Positions 34,211 through 47,082 of a stretch of 64,000 nucleotides of DNA are shown one piece after another (position 1 is the stretch's first letter; every line of letters starts with the position of its first letter). The notes below the pieces were generated by a model. The model searched no databases, was not told the DNA's origin, and worked only from the letters and a program-made list of their open reading frames with translations. The stretch spans positions 1 to 64,000 of the forward strand of contig JAAILG010000949.1 of the NCBI GenBank assembly GCA_012026655.1, written 5' to 3'. A program made the position numbers and the translations under genes. Source of the stretch: Hydrolagus affinis (taxonomy: Eukaryota).

Positions 34211-35084
34211 TTGGTAATAATAATTCTTGCATTTGATATGATCATGTCGTTGAGACGCTTCAAAGCTATTCATAGAATATATTACAAAGTGTCATATACC
34301 TGCGAAAGATTGTATTTTGTGGGCGAAAAGGGTCATTTTGCTGAAGATTTGCTATAAGATTCATTTTGCTGAAGTCAAAGCTTCACCTTGTTGAGATGTA
34401 TCACCTTCCTTTTCGATTGCTTTTACAGTCACCTCCCACCTCCTTCAGCCCCTTGCGTGTTGTCAGACTCCTCCACTGTGAAGAGCTCCATGACGCAACT
34501 CCATGTGAAAGGTGCTATATAAATCCAAGTTGTTGTTGTTGTTGTTATATCAGGCTCCTGGTTGCTGAGTCCCATTGGGCAGAAAGATCCAAGTGCCAAT
34601 TAAGATTTGGAAAGAAAACTCACTGGGAATGTGCCAACATTAACACCTGTTAATAATAGTCATGGAAAATTAGCTGAAGGATTGAATCAACCTTTACTTT
34701 GGAAGCATCATGGCCTGCAAGTCTCATCTGGCAACGCATAACTGCTTAGAACATTCTGGAAGCTGTGCGCGAGAAAACTATTTGTTTCCTGAATCATCCA
34801 AGCCAACTCATACCGTCATCACTCATACCAGAAAGCTTTGGGAACAACAGCTCGCATGCCTGAGGTCTGAAATTGTTCCATTTCTCTCCGTTCCCCTTCC
34901 CCTCCCATCCCATTTTCTCCTTGCACAACTTGTCCAACACAAGCAACTGAAAGAACAGCTGGGTAAACATCTGGTTAATAATGCAATCTGAGGGCAGAAG
35001 TGCAGATGGAGATCATCAAGTGCTCCGGCTGTATCTGGCTGCTGAGCTGTTAGGTTGATGAACAAGGCCATATATAATTTGATC

Positions 35085-35420
35085 ATAATAATCCTTACAA
35101 ATGATATAGCTCCTTATCACTTCATCCAAATATCTCAAAGTGCTTCACAGGATTTACTGTAGAGTGTAGTGACTGTGGACTTTTAGGAAAATCCAACAGA
35201 CCAACTTGTAAAAAGCCATTTCTCATTAACAGCCATGAAATGAGTGACCAATCTTCTTTTAGGGATTGTTGGGCAGAAAAGTGTCAGAGACTCCCTTCCC
35301 TTTCGTCCAGTTGTGCCTTGCAATCTTTACTGTCCACCCAAACAGCATCTCTATTTAATGTATCGTTAGAAACATAGCACCTCTGAAACTGCTAGCCACC
35401 CACCACTGCATTTGAGTTTG
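35085..35420 (-). mobile_element. Deu-domain SINE, degraded
   Basis: taataatccttacaaatgatatagc tail; agggattgttgggcag...gtgccttgcaatctttactgtccacc core. Confidence 0.7.
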
Positions 35421-35569
35421 ATTTGTATTGGGAGCAGGGAACAAAAATGTTCCTCAGATAACATGGCTGGAATAGAATTTGTTATAAAGCGGATTTCACA
35501 AAGTCATGTATTTGACAAACCAGCAAACAATAGTGTGATGAGCTATGCGGAATGACTATCTAAACTTGG

Positions 35570-35910
35570 ACCACAGGCTACAGAGAGGACCTTATAGAGG
35601 GATGTAAGATGCTAAATGCGACACAGAAAGTAAAGCCAGAACAGTGCTTTCAGATATGACAAGAAGGCACAAGTTTAAGGTTGTACAGGGTAGTTTTACG
35701 AAAGTAGGGAAGTATTTCTTAAGACAAAGTGTAATTAACAATTGGAACAGGTTCCCAGGAAGAGTGATTGAAGTCAGGCTTTTGGGCTCATTCAAAGAAA
35801 CTGGTTGCTGTTGGTCGGTTGCTGTAATGGGACAAAGGTAAGCTGGGTTGAATGGAGATCAAATGGTCCAAATGCTCTTCCTCACCTCTCTCTCTTGCGA
35901 TCCTATGAAC
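35570..35910 (+). mobile_element. Old CR1 3' end
   Basis: TRRHKFKVVQG...YFLRQSVINNWNRFPGRVIE in ORF 35644..35841. Confidence 0.7.
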
Positions 35911-36389
35911 AGCTTTGATTTTAACCTTAGGAAATCACGTGAACAATAGTTAAGTTACCTTCTTTCGATTGTGTTCCAGTGAGTCGTTGCATTGTTGGAA
36001 ACAGCACTCTCCCTCACCCTTCAAGCATTTTAACCCCAAGCACCATATTTAGACTCCCTTCAATCCTTTGACTCCTTCACAGAAAAGAACTCTGAAATTT
36101 TCTCTGAACTCCTCACATTGTTCTCTCCATATCAGATGCCACATTGTTTCCCGACGCCTGTGTTTCAGAAACGCGTCCGAGTATTACTTCCTCCTGTGAA
36201 CAATAGATCCCTCACCATGAAGGTCACACTAGGTCTTTCACTTCATCTACTCTATCAATGCCAGACATTTGACTTTCGCATGCCTAGCTTCCAAGTCTTG
36301 TCTACCCACAACTTTAATGCTGCTCCACGTTTGCTTTCGGTCTGATGTACCCATTGCAGATGTTCCATATCTCATCTGCAGTCAATATG

Positions 36390-36720
36390 TTTTTACATTG
36401 ATTAGTAATTGATTAAAGCACAAACAGTGGAGGATAATTATTTGGAGACAAGATGCAATTGGGGAGGTATTGAGTGGTGTGCCTCCAGGGGCTGTGTCTC
36501 CTTGGCACTAGGATCCTCCAGTTCGTGTGTACAGTACATCACCTGAAACCATAGACTCAATGCAGACGAGTTGGACTTGCGGATAACACAAAGTCATAGA
36601 GGAGACTGCTAACATCTTGCAAAGAGAGCCTATGAATTCTGATCACTGTCAAACGGAGTTCGATACAGATACACTCAAAACCCGGCCAGCGGGACTAATG
36701 AGGGGGAGATCCGGTCACAA
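36390..36720 (+). mobile_element. Highly degenerate CR1 RT fragment
   Basis: W....L.K.KQ...W.EVLSGVP.G...LG...; gacttgcggataacacaaag resembles FADDTK. Confidence 0.5.
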
Positions 36721-39559
36721 GCCTGAATTTCCGGTTAAATGTAATTATGATGCCAGTTCCGCATTGTAATTGTTTGAATCCTGCGAACAGAATAAGCTAT
36801 TTTCTGTTCATGGGAATCAAACAATCTGAATCAAAGTCAATATCCCTTGGCCACTGTGAAGGCAGCAAGAGAGTTAGGCAGCTCAGTGGGCACACACTAG
36901 AGGTTAAACGTCAAGAGTATTCACATGGAAATATTTTTTCTGCGGAATTTAAAAAAAATTAAATTCACTTTACATTATATTCTGCTTTGTGATGTCTTAA
37001 CGACATGATAAGGCGCTATATCAAATGCAAGGCTTATTTTTATTATGTGGTTGCCAAATCAAATTCTTTCTAGTGTTTATCTAACCTCAACAAAGGGAAT
37101 TTCACTGTCGATAGTTAGGCCCTCCCAAAACACCATGGTAGCGAGATTCTAGGATAAATGCATCCTATCATTTTGCTATTACAAGAATAACTTGCAAGAA
37201 AATATAGTGTTCTTCATGCAGGATAGTGCCCCGGAGCAGCATATTAGCACTCACTAGGAAATTATCAGCATCATAAAGATGGATGAACACAGGGACTGCT
37301 GAAAGGCCAGATTGATATCAAAGCTTAATACTGACAGGAACAAATTGGAGGTTGAAGACATTCAGTGATTACGCTTTGTTGCTCGGAGTAGAGTTTTAAA
37401 GATGAATAAAATGGAAGCCAACCCCCAATGTAATCAAACAGTAGATTTCTAAAGACTTCTGTAAAGACTTCTGGAAATATACACTTGGAATAATAAAGGG
37501 GAGAAGCAGCGCGAGGTGACTGAATAAGGAGATCAAGAGAAATGTGAAGGCTGGAGGCTCAGTGTAACAGATATCAGGAATTAAAATTGAATTAGGGAAA
37601 CCAGGAGAAAGATAACAAAAGTGAACATTAGAAGAGGAAGAGGAATTGAAAGGGGATCTATGATAGCAGAAGAGATCAAAAGATCAAACTTGAGCTATTG
37701 AATTGTATTTGAGACGGTGCCTATCTCATCACAAACGAGTCTCAAAAAGTGCTTCACAGGATACACCTTAAAGTGGATTGACTGTAGTTTGTGAGCGAAA
37801 TGCGGCAGCCAATATATGGACAACAGTGTCCGACAAACAGTTACAAGGTGAATGACTAATTTAACTGGAGAATTATTGGCCACTATTTCTGGATTATGTC
37901 ATAGAATTGTTAAAACTGAAGACAACAACAACGTACATTTATACAGCGCCCCTCACTCAGGTTAGCGTCCCAGAGCACTTAAGCTGAAGTCCTGACTGTC
38001 AGGAACTTGGTTTATTGTCCCATTGGAAGGCACATGTGACAATGCAATGTGTCCTGGAGTATGAGCTGAAGCCCTGACAGAGGGTTTGAAGGTGAGCGTA
38101 CGAATAACTGAGCCAAACAAGAAACAGACATAGACAAGAAATAAACACTACAGACAAGAGTACAAGAATCGTAAACTTTCTGAGTGAGAGTCATCCTTTT
38201 TTGCTACTGAGAATAGTAAAGGCAGAGCTGTGATCCGCTTTGGGATTGTCAGCGCCTTGGGACGTCCTCCCAATGTGAAAGGAGCTCTATAAATTACGAT
38301 GTACAGGTGATGGTCCAACTCCAAGATCAGGAGAAAGCAGCATTAAAGCCAGATTTGACAATAAGTATTGTCAAACTTATCAGAGAATAAGAGACACTTG
38401 ATTGCAGTTCATTCATTCGATTCACAGTGGTCTAACCTCAGCGTTCTAAATCCTATTGGTGTTTTGTAGCAGCACAGCGCTGACCAGAGCAAGACAAAGG
38501 AAGGTTACAGACACATCAGTGCTGCCCTGATCAATACCTTTTGTCTAATTTCTTTGCTTTGGGATACGTATAACAAGGTGGAGTGTCTGGCTGGGGAGGC
38601 TGGGACTCGCTGAGCTTTAGCAATCAATAAGCTACAGGAGAGGTGACAGAGAGGCATTGTATTGTGTAGCAGTTATGACAAGCACTGGGATTAGCCTACC
38701 CCTTAGCAATGGACTGGCTTTGCAGTTGGATGGAAATAATTTGCAGATTTTGCCATGCGGTAATAATTTTTTTTTCTGCAGTTCATTTGGCTGACTAAGT
38801 AATGTAGTATGCACAGTTTGTTTTGCAAATATTGGGGGGAAGAAATATGGGAATCATAAAAGATCATAAATATACAATGCTGCTGACAACTGAATGTACA
38901 TCCCTCGACTCCAACACAATCTCCTTCCATTGCCAGGCATGTCACCTTGGATCCAGTTCAGCTCAGCTCAGTTCAGCTATTCCCCCTATGATCAAATGCA
39001 AAGTGTCATACACTCATAACAATAATATTATTATTTTTAATATACCCGTCTGAGATCAGCCATCTCAACAGAGACTGTGAAGTTCCAGTCAGTATGACTT
39101 AGTTTCAAACCAAAGGGTTAACCTAACAATTGATCAGCTGCTAAGTGATGGTAGCACTAAGCTTGTTCCACTTTAGAACTGACAGTACTCAGGTAAATAG
39201 AGGCCCAAATCTCAATCAGAGCGATCCGTTGGTTTAGAGAGCATTTTCTTCTGTTTTACTTGGCTCTTGACATGACAGCAAAGCAATCGTGCGTTTTTTT
39301 AAACCCATCTGTCTATTCGTGTAACTTCCTTTGTTGCCTGTTCTCTCTGTCCTTTGAAAGCTGGTTCTTGAAATGTGTGCGTAAAACTATTGATAAGCAA
39401 CTACTTCCTTTTGCTGTTCTGTTTGAAATTTAAATCTATGTTCACTGTAATAAAATCAGGCTGCCTGGCTTGCCATTCAACGGCCTGCGTCCAATACAGA
39501 GACTATTTCAAATGTTAACAAGCTTTTTGAGGTGGATCATAGCAAAAGGTGGGGGGACT

Positions 39560-39838
39560 GAAGTATGGCTCAAAGCCATACAGACTGGGCAGGAGCCTGG
39601 TTTGATTCATTAGTTGATCTCAGGTGGGGAGGCTGGGGAAAGCTCTATGATTGAACTCAAAGGGTTCAGAAAAGAAAATAATATCAGTCACAGTTCATGG
39701 TTCTGATTCTTATTAAGTGCACACATGTGGATTGTGGGATAGACAAGATCAAGTCTTGGCTATGATGTCCTAACTCTTGAGTAGCCTGCTCCTAAGACTC
39801 ACACCCGGAGAATGGCAAATTGGCTGAGTATTAGTGGT
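39560..39838 (+). mobile_element. Old SINE-like family C
   Basis: gccatacagac...ggtttgattc head; atcagtcacagttc, gtggattgtgggatagacaagatcaagtcttggctatgatg body shared with the copies at 7700 and 58768. Confidence 0.55.
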
Positions 39839-40109
39839 TACAGCCACTGAAAAGTAATCATAATAGTGAGAAACCAAGGGAAAACATCACAAAGGACATT
39901 GAGCCCCTGGCAGAGTGTCAATTGTTCCATTTGTGATTTTCCAAGCATTTGATTTGAACCACACAGGGAAAGTGAGGATTCTGGAACGATGAGAACAAAC
40001 GAGGCAAAGGGCCATTTGATCTCATCCAAACCATTCTTGGTGGGGGGTGGAGTGATTAACAAGTGACCTTGTTCAAGTGGCTGGTGAAACAGGACTTTAC
40101 TCTTGTCCA

Positions 40110-40123
40110 CCACTAGAGGGCAC
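40110..40123 (+). promoter_or_regulatory. Candidate CTCF core motif
   Basis: CCACTAGAGGGCAC matches CCASYAGRKGGCRS exactly, in sequence I could not assign to a repeat. Confidence 0.5.
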
Positions 40124-42578
40124 TTACATTGCTGATTTGAGATGCAGACAGTCAAGAGAGGTTTCAGGTTGTCAGTACCCCTGAAAGGCCATGGTGGGAT
40201 TTTCCTTGTGTGTGTTGCAAGGTCACACTCCTTGCTGTGATTTTTCATTTCCTTGAGCTGTACAACCAATTATTTTCAGAGGCTTTGCAGTTTTGTGTTC
40301 TGCGTCACAGTTAATCTCATGATGTCTAACGTGAGGTTTTGCCCTAAGTTAATGACACAACACTGCTGGGCACATAGGCTGCTGATGCATAACTGAACAA
40401 AGGAGCTGACGTACTTTAGGGGTTTTTATTCTAATATGGAGTGTTGTCTTTTTTTTGTACAGCTGAGCAAAGCAGTAAGCATAGAAAGTTAACGTTGCTA
40501 TAAGCAGAACGTTGTGGAGGATACGGATACAGATCACCCCAAAATTTTCGCTGCGATCCACAGAATTGTTTTCAGCACGGATGTGCAGATTAGTGAACAG
40601 TCGGATCGCACTAGGATAAAGAGAGTAAACCCAGACACTCCATGGGGTCACGACAAGAGGTCCCACATTCTGGCATATAAAGGACAAATTCTTGGCAGAC
40701 ACCGAGAAGTATTTGTTTACACAGAGAGTAATTAATCCCCCTGCAGAGGAGTGTCAGCCTGTGAGAGAACACAACTCATCAAAAGAAAGTGGCCATTCAG
40801 CCCATCGAGTCTATGTTGGTGCGAGTTCCATCCATTTGTTGCTCTGTAAGACTTGGGATGTCTTCCTGACGTGAAAAGTGCTATACAAATGTAATTGTGT
40901 TGTTGTAAGAGTTAAGTTGTAGATTTGAGAGATGTAAGTGTTGGTGATTTTACCAATGGTCAGGGTTTGACAGTACAGAGAGAGAACAATGTCCCAGGGA
41001 GTAACACGGTGGAGTGGTGGGGACATTGGTTTCGAGATCCTGGCACAAGCATAAAACAGTGTTAATAGTTTCTCTTAAGTGTTACTGTAATCTCTGGTTG
41101 CTCACTGTGTACAAGACAGTTGTTAGGCTACAGCAGGAGGATTGGACACAGTTTTGGACTCCATTAAAGAAAAATGATTGGAGACAGTGAATCCCTCGGG
41201 TTAGACCAGGTAATTTGCCATAAAGACTATGCCTGTCATCGTTGGAGCAGAAGTTTGGAGCGGACAGAATATAATTACAAATGGGTTCTTTATTATTGGA
41301 TAAATAAAAGATTCATTACTTTTTTTTTACTACCGTAGATACTGGAATATAGAAGAGACACAATGAGCTTCTGCTTAAGAAACTAGATAAACCATGAAAG
41401 GATACTAGGATTTATTTTAATAGGTGTTACAGGGTAATATCATAGTCCTTATATATTGTATATAAAAATACTTAGTCAACTCAGCATTGATCTGTTGCTT
41501 ATTCAGTCCCTGTGTGTGTGTGTGTGCTGTTACTGACAATAAATAACCAGCTCAAACTAATAAAGTACTTGATTGATATTTCAGTCATTAGAGTTCAGCA
41601 GATGCTTTGTGAATTTGCTTATTCAGGTCTTTCTTCACTCTGTTCTAAGTTAGGACTCTATCTGTGCCCAACGAGGAATATCTATAGCATTGCCTGGGAG
41701 TGTTAAATGACTTTTTATTCAGAGGACCAGGCCAACGGCCAAGCTCGTAGCTCAGGTCACCAGCACGGTTGATAAAACAGTATAACCTGTGAAGCGCTTT
41801 GAGGCATATCAATGATGTGATAAGGCGCTATATCAAATGAAAGGATTATCATTATTAGCCAAAACTGGAGAAAGGTCTATTAGGGTTACATCAGAGTCAC
41901 TGGCTTTGTGGGCAGACAGAGCTGTATAGGGCAGCAATGGGAGAGGCAGAGAGGGAGAGAGAGGGAGAGAGAGAGAGACGGAGACTACCTGACAGAACTG
42001 TCGCCCAGAGCAGCCTAACCTCACTCCAACCACTAATTTCAGGATAAATCCAACATTAGCTTCTTCTCGACACCTTTCTCATGCTCCAGTGACTCACACA
42101 AAAATACATTTGAGATGAATTGACGCAGAGTACTTTCTCGTTGGCACATGTCAGTTTCCATGTCCCAGACTGTCTGAAGTTCTTATCCTCTCCTCTATCT
42201 AGTCTTTAATGCTGACAATACAATGACATCATTGGTGGCATGACCTGAAGGTGTAGCATGTACTGATTAAGAGTTGCCTTAAAGGTTTCTCCAACACCCA
42301 CATGGTGCGCTCGATAACCTGACATTTGGATTCAGCATCTCCAAGCCTTAGAGGGAAATGTGTGTGATAAAGCTCCATGTCAAACACAAGGATTCTTCTT
42401 ATTATTTTTATTATGTATTCCAAGCCAAAAAGAAATAGCAAGATTGACCTTGTTAACTCACCAACCGTTGCTTTGTCTAGCTACTAGTCAGCTTTCTTTA
42501 TGGAGGAGTGCATGAGTCGGACACTTTCAGCCAAAGTGTTTCAGGAAGGAAAGAACACCTTCTTACCTGGAAATTGTC

Positions 42579-42876
42579 GAGTCCTGAAGCTCAGTGGTTA
42601 GAGCACTCGCCTTACAAGTGAGAGACTTGTGTTCGAATCCAGGCAGGTCATGACGAAATCTTGGACAAGTTTCCTTACTCCACACGCGTAATAATAATCC
42701 TTAAAAAAAAAATGGTCATTTCAATCCACGATTGTTTGTGAGAGACTGCTGTGCGCAATTGACTGCCGCTTTTCACCTACAAATATACAGTCAATTCACT
42801 TTACAGTGTATTCTGTGAAGCATTTTGAGACGTCTAGAAGACATGAAAAGCGCTATATCAAATGCAAGGATTATTA
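42579..42876 (+). mobile_element. tRNA-derived SINE, short subfamily
   Basis: gagtcctgaagctcagtggttagagcactcgccttacaag...gttcgaatcc...cacgcgtaataataatcc...gagacgtctagaagacatgaaaagcgctatatcaaatgcaaggattatt. Confidence 0.93.
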
Positions 42877-42889
42877 ATATTTACATAAA

Positions 42890-43135
42890 TGTTTCAAAAA
42901 CACTTTGCAAGTACTGTAATTACTTTCAGGTGTAGTAACTGGTTCTGTGGCAAACATAGCAACCACTTGTTCTAGCAAAGTCCTGTAAAAAGCCATGAAG
43001 TGAATGATGAATTAATCTGGAGGAATGTTGGCTGGGACATTGCTAGTAACCATCCCTTCTTGTGTCACAGGGATACCACATCTTTAACCTGAAGAACAAG
43101 TAGACAGGTTTGGTGTCTAATTCGAAAGACTGCTT
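42890..43135 (-). mobile_element. Deu-domain SINE, degraded
   Basis: gccatgaagtgaatga...gaatgttggctgggacatt...atctttaacctgaa...gacaggtttgg. Confidence 0.55.
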
Positions 43136-43597
43136 CTGGCTCAACCCAGACCAGCAACACAGAGTGTGTGCACACACACTATTTCATGTACTTGTACGTA
43201 GACCAGTTCTCTTGCACAACACATATAAGATAGACATTGCAGTAGGCAAATGGTACTGGGGTTAGGGGGATCTGAAAGGAGTTAAATCTAAGTGTGTCTA
43301 CCAATATTGCTGATTGTGCAAAATTAGGTCCTGTCTTGCTTGGTTCGGATTGTGTCTGGATCCTGTTGTCTGTAAAATGCACCATTGAAATCCCTGATCA
43401 TAAGAGCATTCAGGAGGTGGAAGCTTTAATGGGTGTCTATCAACACAGCTTGTACGCACGTGTGAAATAATCCTTGGAGACTCAGTGACTTGTGCATTAT
43501 AACCTATGTAACGTGTGCATTGTTGGATTGAACACCCACTCTTCATTGCGTTTCATTCTGCATTTACAATAGGAAATCCCAATAGAGATATGGAGGG

Positions 43598-43967
43598 TAA
43601 TAATAATAATAATAATAATAATAATGCTTACATTTGATTCAGGAAAGCGTCTTATCATGTTGTTGACATCAACGCTTCACAACACATTGTAAAGTGAATT
43701 GACCGTATTTTGTGGGCCAAACATAGCGGCGAATTTGCAGGGCAGTGTCCCACAAACAATCGTGGACTCAATTGTTTTTGGAGCAATTATTACCCCCGGA
43801 AAGCAATCTGCCAATCGAATGACAACCAGGCTCCTACTTACTGCTGGGTAAGCGGAGGCGTGCGGTGCAACAAAACTTGCCCAAGGTTTTGCCCCGCCTG
43901 GGTAATGAACCCGTGTTCTCTTGCTTGTGAGGCGAGCACACTAGCCAATACGCTACACAGAGACTCC
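43598..43967 (-). mobile_element. tRNA-derived SINE, long subfamily, full length
   Basis: (TAA)n tail, central block ctgccaatcgaatgacaaccaggctcctacttactgc, head gcttgtgaggcgagcacactagccaatacgctaca. Confidence 0.9.
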
Positions 43968-44704
43968 ACAAGGTCTGCGGTCATTTGTGAACAGCGTGGG
44001 TTTTTGACGCGGCTGTGGTGCGGAGTTAATTGTTACCTTTTTTCAGTTTAACATTTGCAGCTTTTCTGCTGCCGCCGACGATGTCAGCTCTACGTGAAGC
44101 TGATTGGAAACGAAAGCGGGGTTATGGTCAGTAATGAGAACCATGTCCTGTGCATCCCATTACAGAGCATTAGACGGCTTCAGGGCACAAAGAACGAGCA
44201 GCAACACAACACCATTTTTGACACCACTTTAAAAGCCGTTGATGCAAAAATTACTCATTCCATCAGCACGTCAATGGCTGCAGAGCACTTTGGGGACTCT
44301 AATGGGCTCTTCAGAACAAATAATATTTTGATTGAATGCTCTGTTTTCACACGGGCAGAATTTGAAGGCCTGACCAGGACCTCAGCGGTGATCACGGCTT
44401 CAGTGAGGCGGTTTCAAACCGATAAATAAACCATTCAATCAAAAAAATGATTTTGTAGGAAAACGCTCGTCAGAGTCTCATGGGTGTTTCACCGGCATTG
44501 ATCTGTGGACGGGGTGAATAATTTCTGCATTGACATTGTTTGAGGAAGTGTCAGAAACCGTGTTGATGTCTTCACTCACAATTTCCGCCCTGGGAGCTAT
44601 AAATCTTCTCCTTCTCTTCCTTTGCAAAAGCTCCACATTAGTCTCCTCGCCTTGTGGAGGTCAACACAAAAGTGGAGCTTGATCTTGCCTTCAACCTCCC
44701 TCCC

Positions 44705-44800
44705 AACCATACATATACACACACACACACAAACATCAAATACACACACATCATATACACATACACACCATTCACACAAACACCATAGACACACCAGCAC
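44705..44800. repeat. CA-rich simple repeat
   Basis: Interrupted (CA)n/(CATA)n. Confidence 0.85.
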
Positions 44801-46660
44801 AGCCTGTAACCCTTAGCTCTGTTTATCTCAGCCTGACCCTGACACAGCCTTTATTAACTGGCCAGCAGCTTAGACCTGTAAAACCTGAGCTTAAAGACAA
44901 TCATCATAAAACGTAAGCTTGTGCAGAGTATTGCAATCTCTTCGATTCAATCTTAATTTGGACGTTGTTTTTTTCTCCTGAAGAAGTGCAGGAAACTCGT
45001 TTCCGAATTAGAAGGGAATTTAAGATTTTACACTTGCATTTAAAAAACATCCTATGGCAGAAAAGAAAGATGTTATAAATTTTTATTCCATTTTAAACCT
45101 ACGTCCCCAAGGCTATGATCCTGAGAATTTGGGGCCTAGAGGTTGACTTGGCTTCTTATTGACGGGATGTAAGACACTTCTCTGTTGGCTATCCATCCTT
45201 TTGAAGTGAAATGAGTTGTCATCTCAACTCTGGCACCGTAGAAAAGTTCCTATCATTTGACCTTGAAGTGTAAGATTTCCGTACTTATACGAATGAGGAC
45301 GCATAGCTGTGGAGAATCTGTTAACAATAGGCTGTTGCCACTGCGTAAAAGTAAATTAACATGGAAGGAAATCCATAAGAGAGACAAACAGGTGATTAAC
45401 ATACTAGGAGTGAGAGGTACTTCAAAAGGATTCAGACATTTATATGGTGTGTCAGTTGAATCAATGTAAATGCTTATTAATTCTCTACTATTCTCCTGTC
45501 AGTCAGTCAACTTGGCCCAAACATTATTTCTGTGTCCCTGAGGAAGGGAAGAAACATTTCCAGACAGTGACAGCTATTGATCAGCTCAAGTAAAATCTTC
45601 AGAAATTCTACTTGTGATAGTTTAACTAGGCTGTGCTTACAGTAAGTGCCACAACACACTGTCACCCCAAGGTCTCCCTGTGTGTATGCAATGTCGAGTG
45701 AGATCCTCTTCGTCCAGTGGGTTCCCTTTCTTTGGTCAACTGAGTGTCTGATACACATAGAAACCGATCACCGTCCTTACGAGTATCGAAACCAAACTGA
45801 GAATTCCATGCATCCCATCAATACATTCAAATTCCAGAGATAGATTGTTGGAATGCAATGCACCCTCTCTCTCATTTCAGAAAGTATTGAGGGGCATTGT
45901 TGGCAGGAACCGAGGGTTGGGGCCGCCCAGACTGTGCACTGGGGGTAACTGCTGAAGATTCACCAGCTGAAAACACATCCGCCTTTCCAAATCCTGCCGA
46001 TGAGCCAGGGCTAGGCTGTGTTGCCATCAGCAGTGCCCTAGAATACTGCGGATCGCCTGACTCAGGAACTAGACTACCAAGTCTGGCCCAGAGGGCTGAC
46101 TCGATTCCGTCGCCAGACATGTCATCTTGCAGTCATTTCAAAAACAACAACGATTTGCCCTCCACGCTGGACGGCGTCTCAGAGCGCTATTTCAGCCACA
46201 GGGATGGCCCCTCATAGAGGATGGATTCCGTAGGAGCAGCAATATAAACACGGGAAGAAATCTTCAGGAAATAATCTTCAGGAAATAATTCCCCCACCCA
46301 AGAGGTTTGTGCTCTCACAGGGCGAGAGAGGGTAGTTTATGTTTTGAGATGCAATATGTCAGTGCCTCAGCAAGTAACAATAAGAGATACATTTACCCTC
46401 TAGATCGTGCAGAACGGTTAATTTGTCTCCCACCGTGTTCAGATTGTGTGAGACTACAGTAAAGAAGGTAAACAGATTCCCAGATTCCCAGGAAGGTAAG
46501 TTATGAAGAACAACCTTTTGACAAAGATCTTCCTATGTATGTTATCAATGGGGAAGGAAGTAGTCAGAATCCTCATGTTTGATGTAAAGTGAAGTCTACA
46601 TTTGTAGACAGATACTATGCAGACGGGATCTCAATCACTGACTCATTCAAAAATGGTTGA

Positions 46661-47082
46661 TAATAATAATCCTTGCCTTTGATGTAGCGCCTGTCTGATG
46701 TGAGATCTCAAAGTGCTTCACATAATACACTCTAAAATGGATTTGTATTCTGTGGGTGAAACATGGCAGCCAATTTGCGCACAGCAATGTCCCGCAAACA
46801 GCCATGAAACCAGTGGCCAATTTTATTTGGCGGATTGTCGGCCAGGACGCAGGGAGAGGGAAATCTCGCTTCTCTTTTTGAACAGTGTAATGGGATCTTT
46901 AACATCCACCTGAACAGGCAGCCGGGACCTCGTTTGACATCTCCTCCGAAGGACGGCACCTCCAACATCACAATCCCCAGGACTGCATTGGAGTGTAAGT
47001 ATTGACGATGTGATTCCAAAACCTCGATGTGGGGGTTTGAACCCAGAATCTTCTGACTGCGCCATACTGACACATAGGCTGA
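46661..47082 (-). mobile_element. Deu-domain SINE, near full length
   Basis: Tail, ggccaggacgc, atgggatctttaacatccacctgaacaggcagccgggacctcgtttgacatctc, and head tttgaacccagaatcttctgac. Confidence 0.9.

Noticed and set aside
37450-37475. Small tandem duplications (also near 23865 and 46258)
   Set aside because: Ordinary slippage duplications of 12-17 bp.
40514-40735. 73-aa ORF
   Set aside because: Its 3' half resembles a decayed CR1 end (GH..., KYLFTQRVIN in an adjacent frame).
44970-45020. Hammerhead-ribozyme-like core (CTGAAGA...GAAAC)
   Set aside because: No stem II, mismatched stem III and poor stem I. A similar CTGATGA...GAAAC on the minus strand near 48750-48772 also lacks stems.
45872-46217. 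Overlapping 106-aa and 82-aa ORFs
   Set aside because: Overlap a decayed SINE-like (family C) motif and an L2 tail; no recognisable protein.
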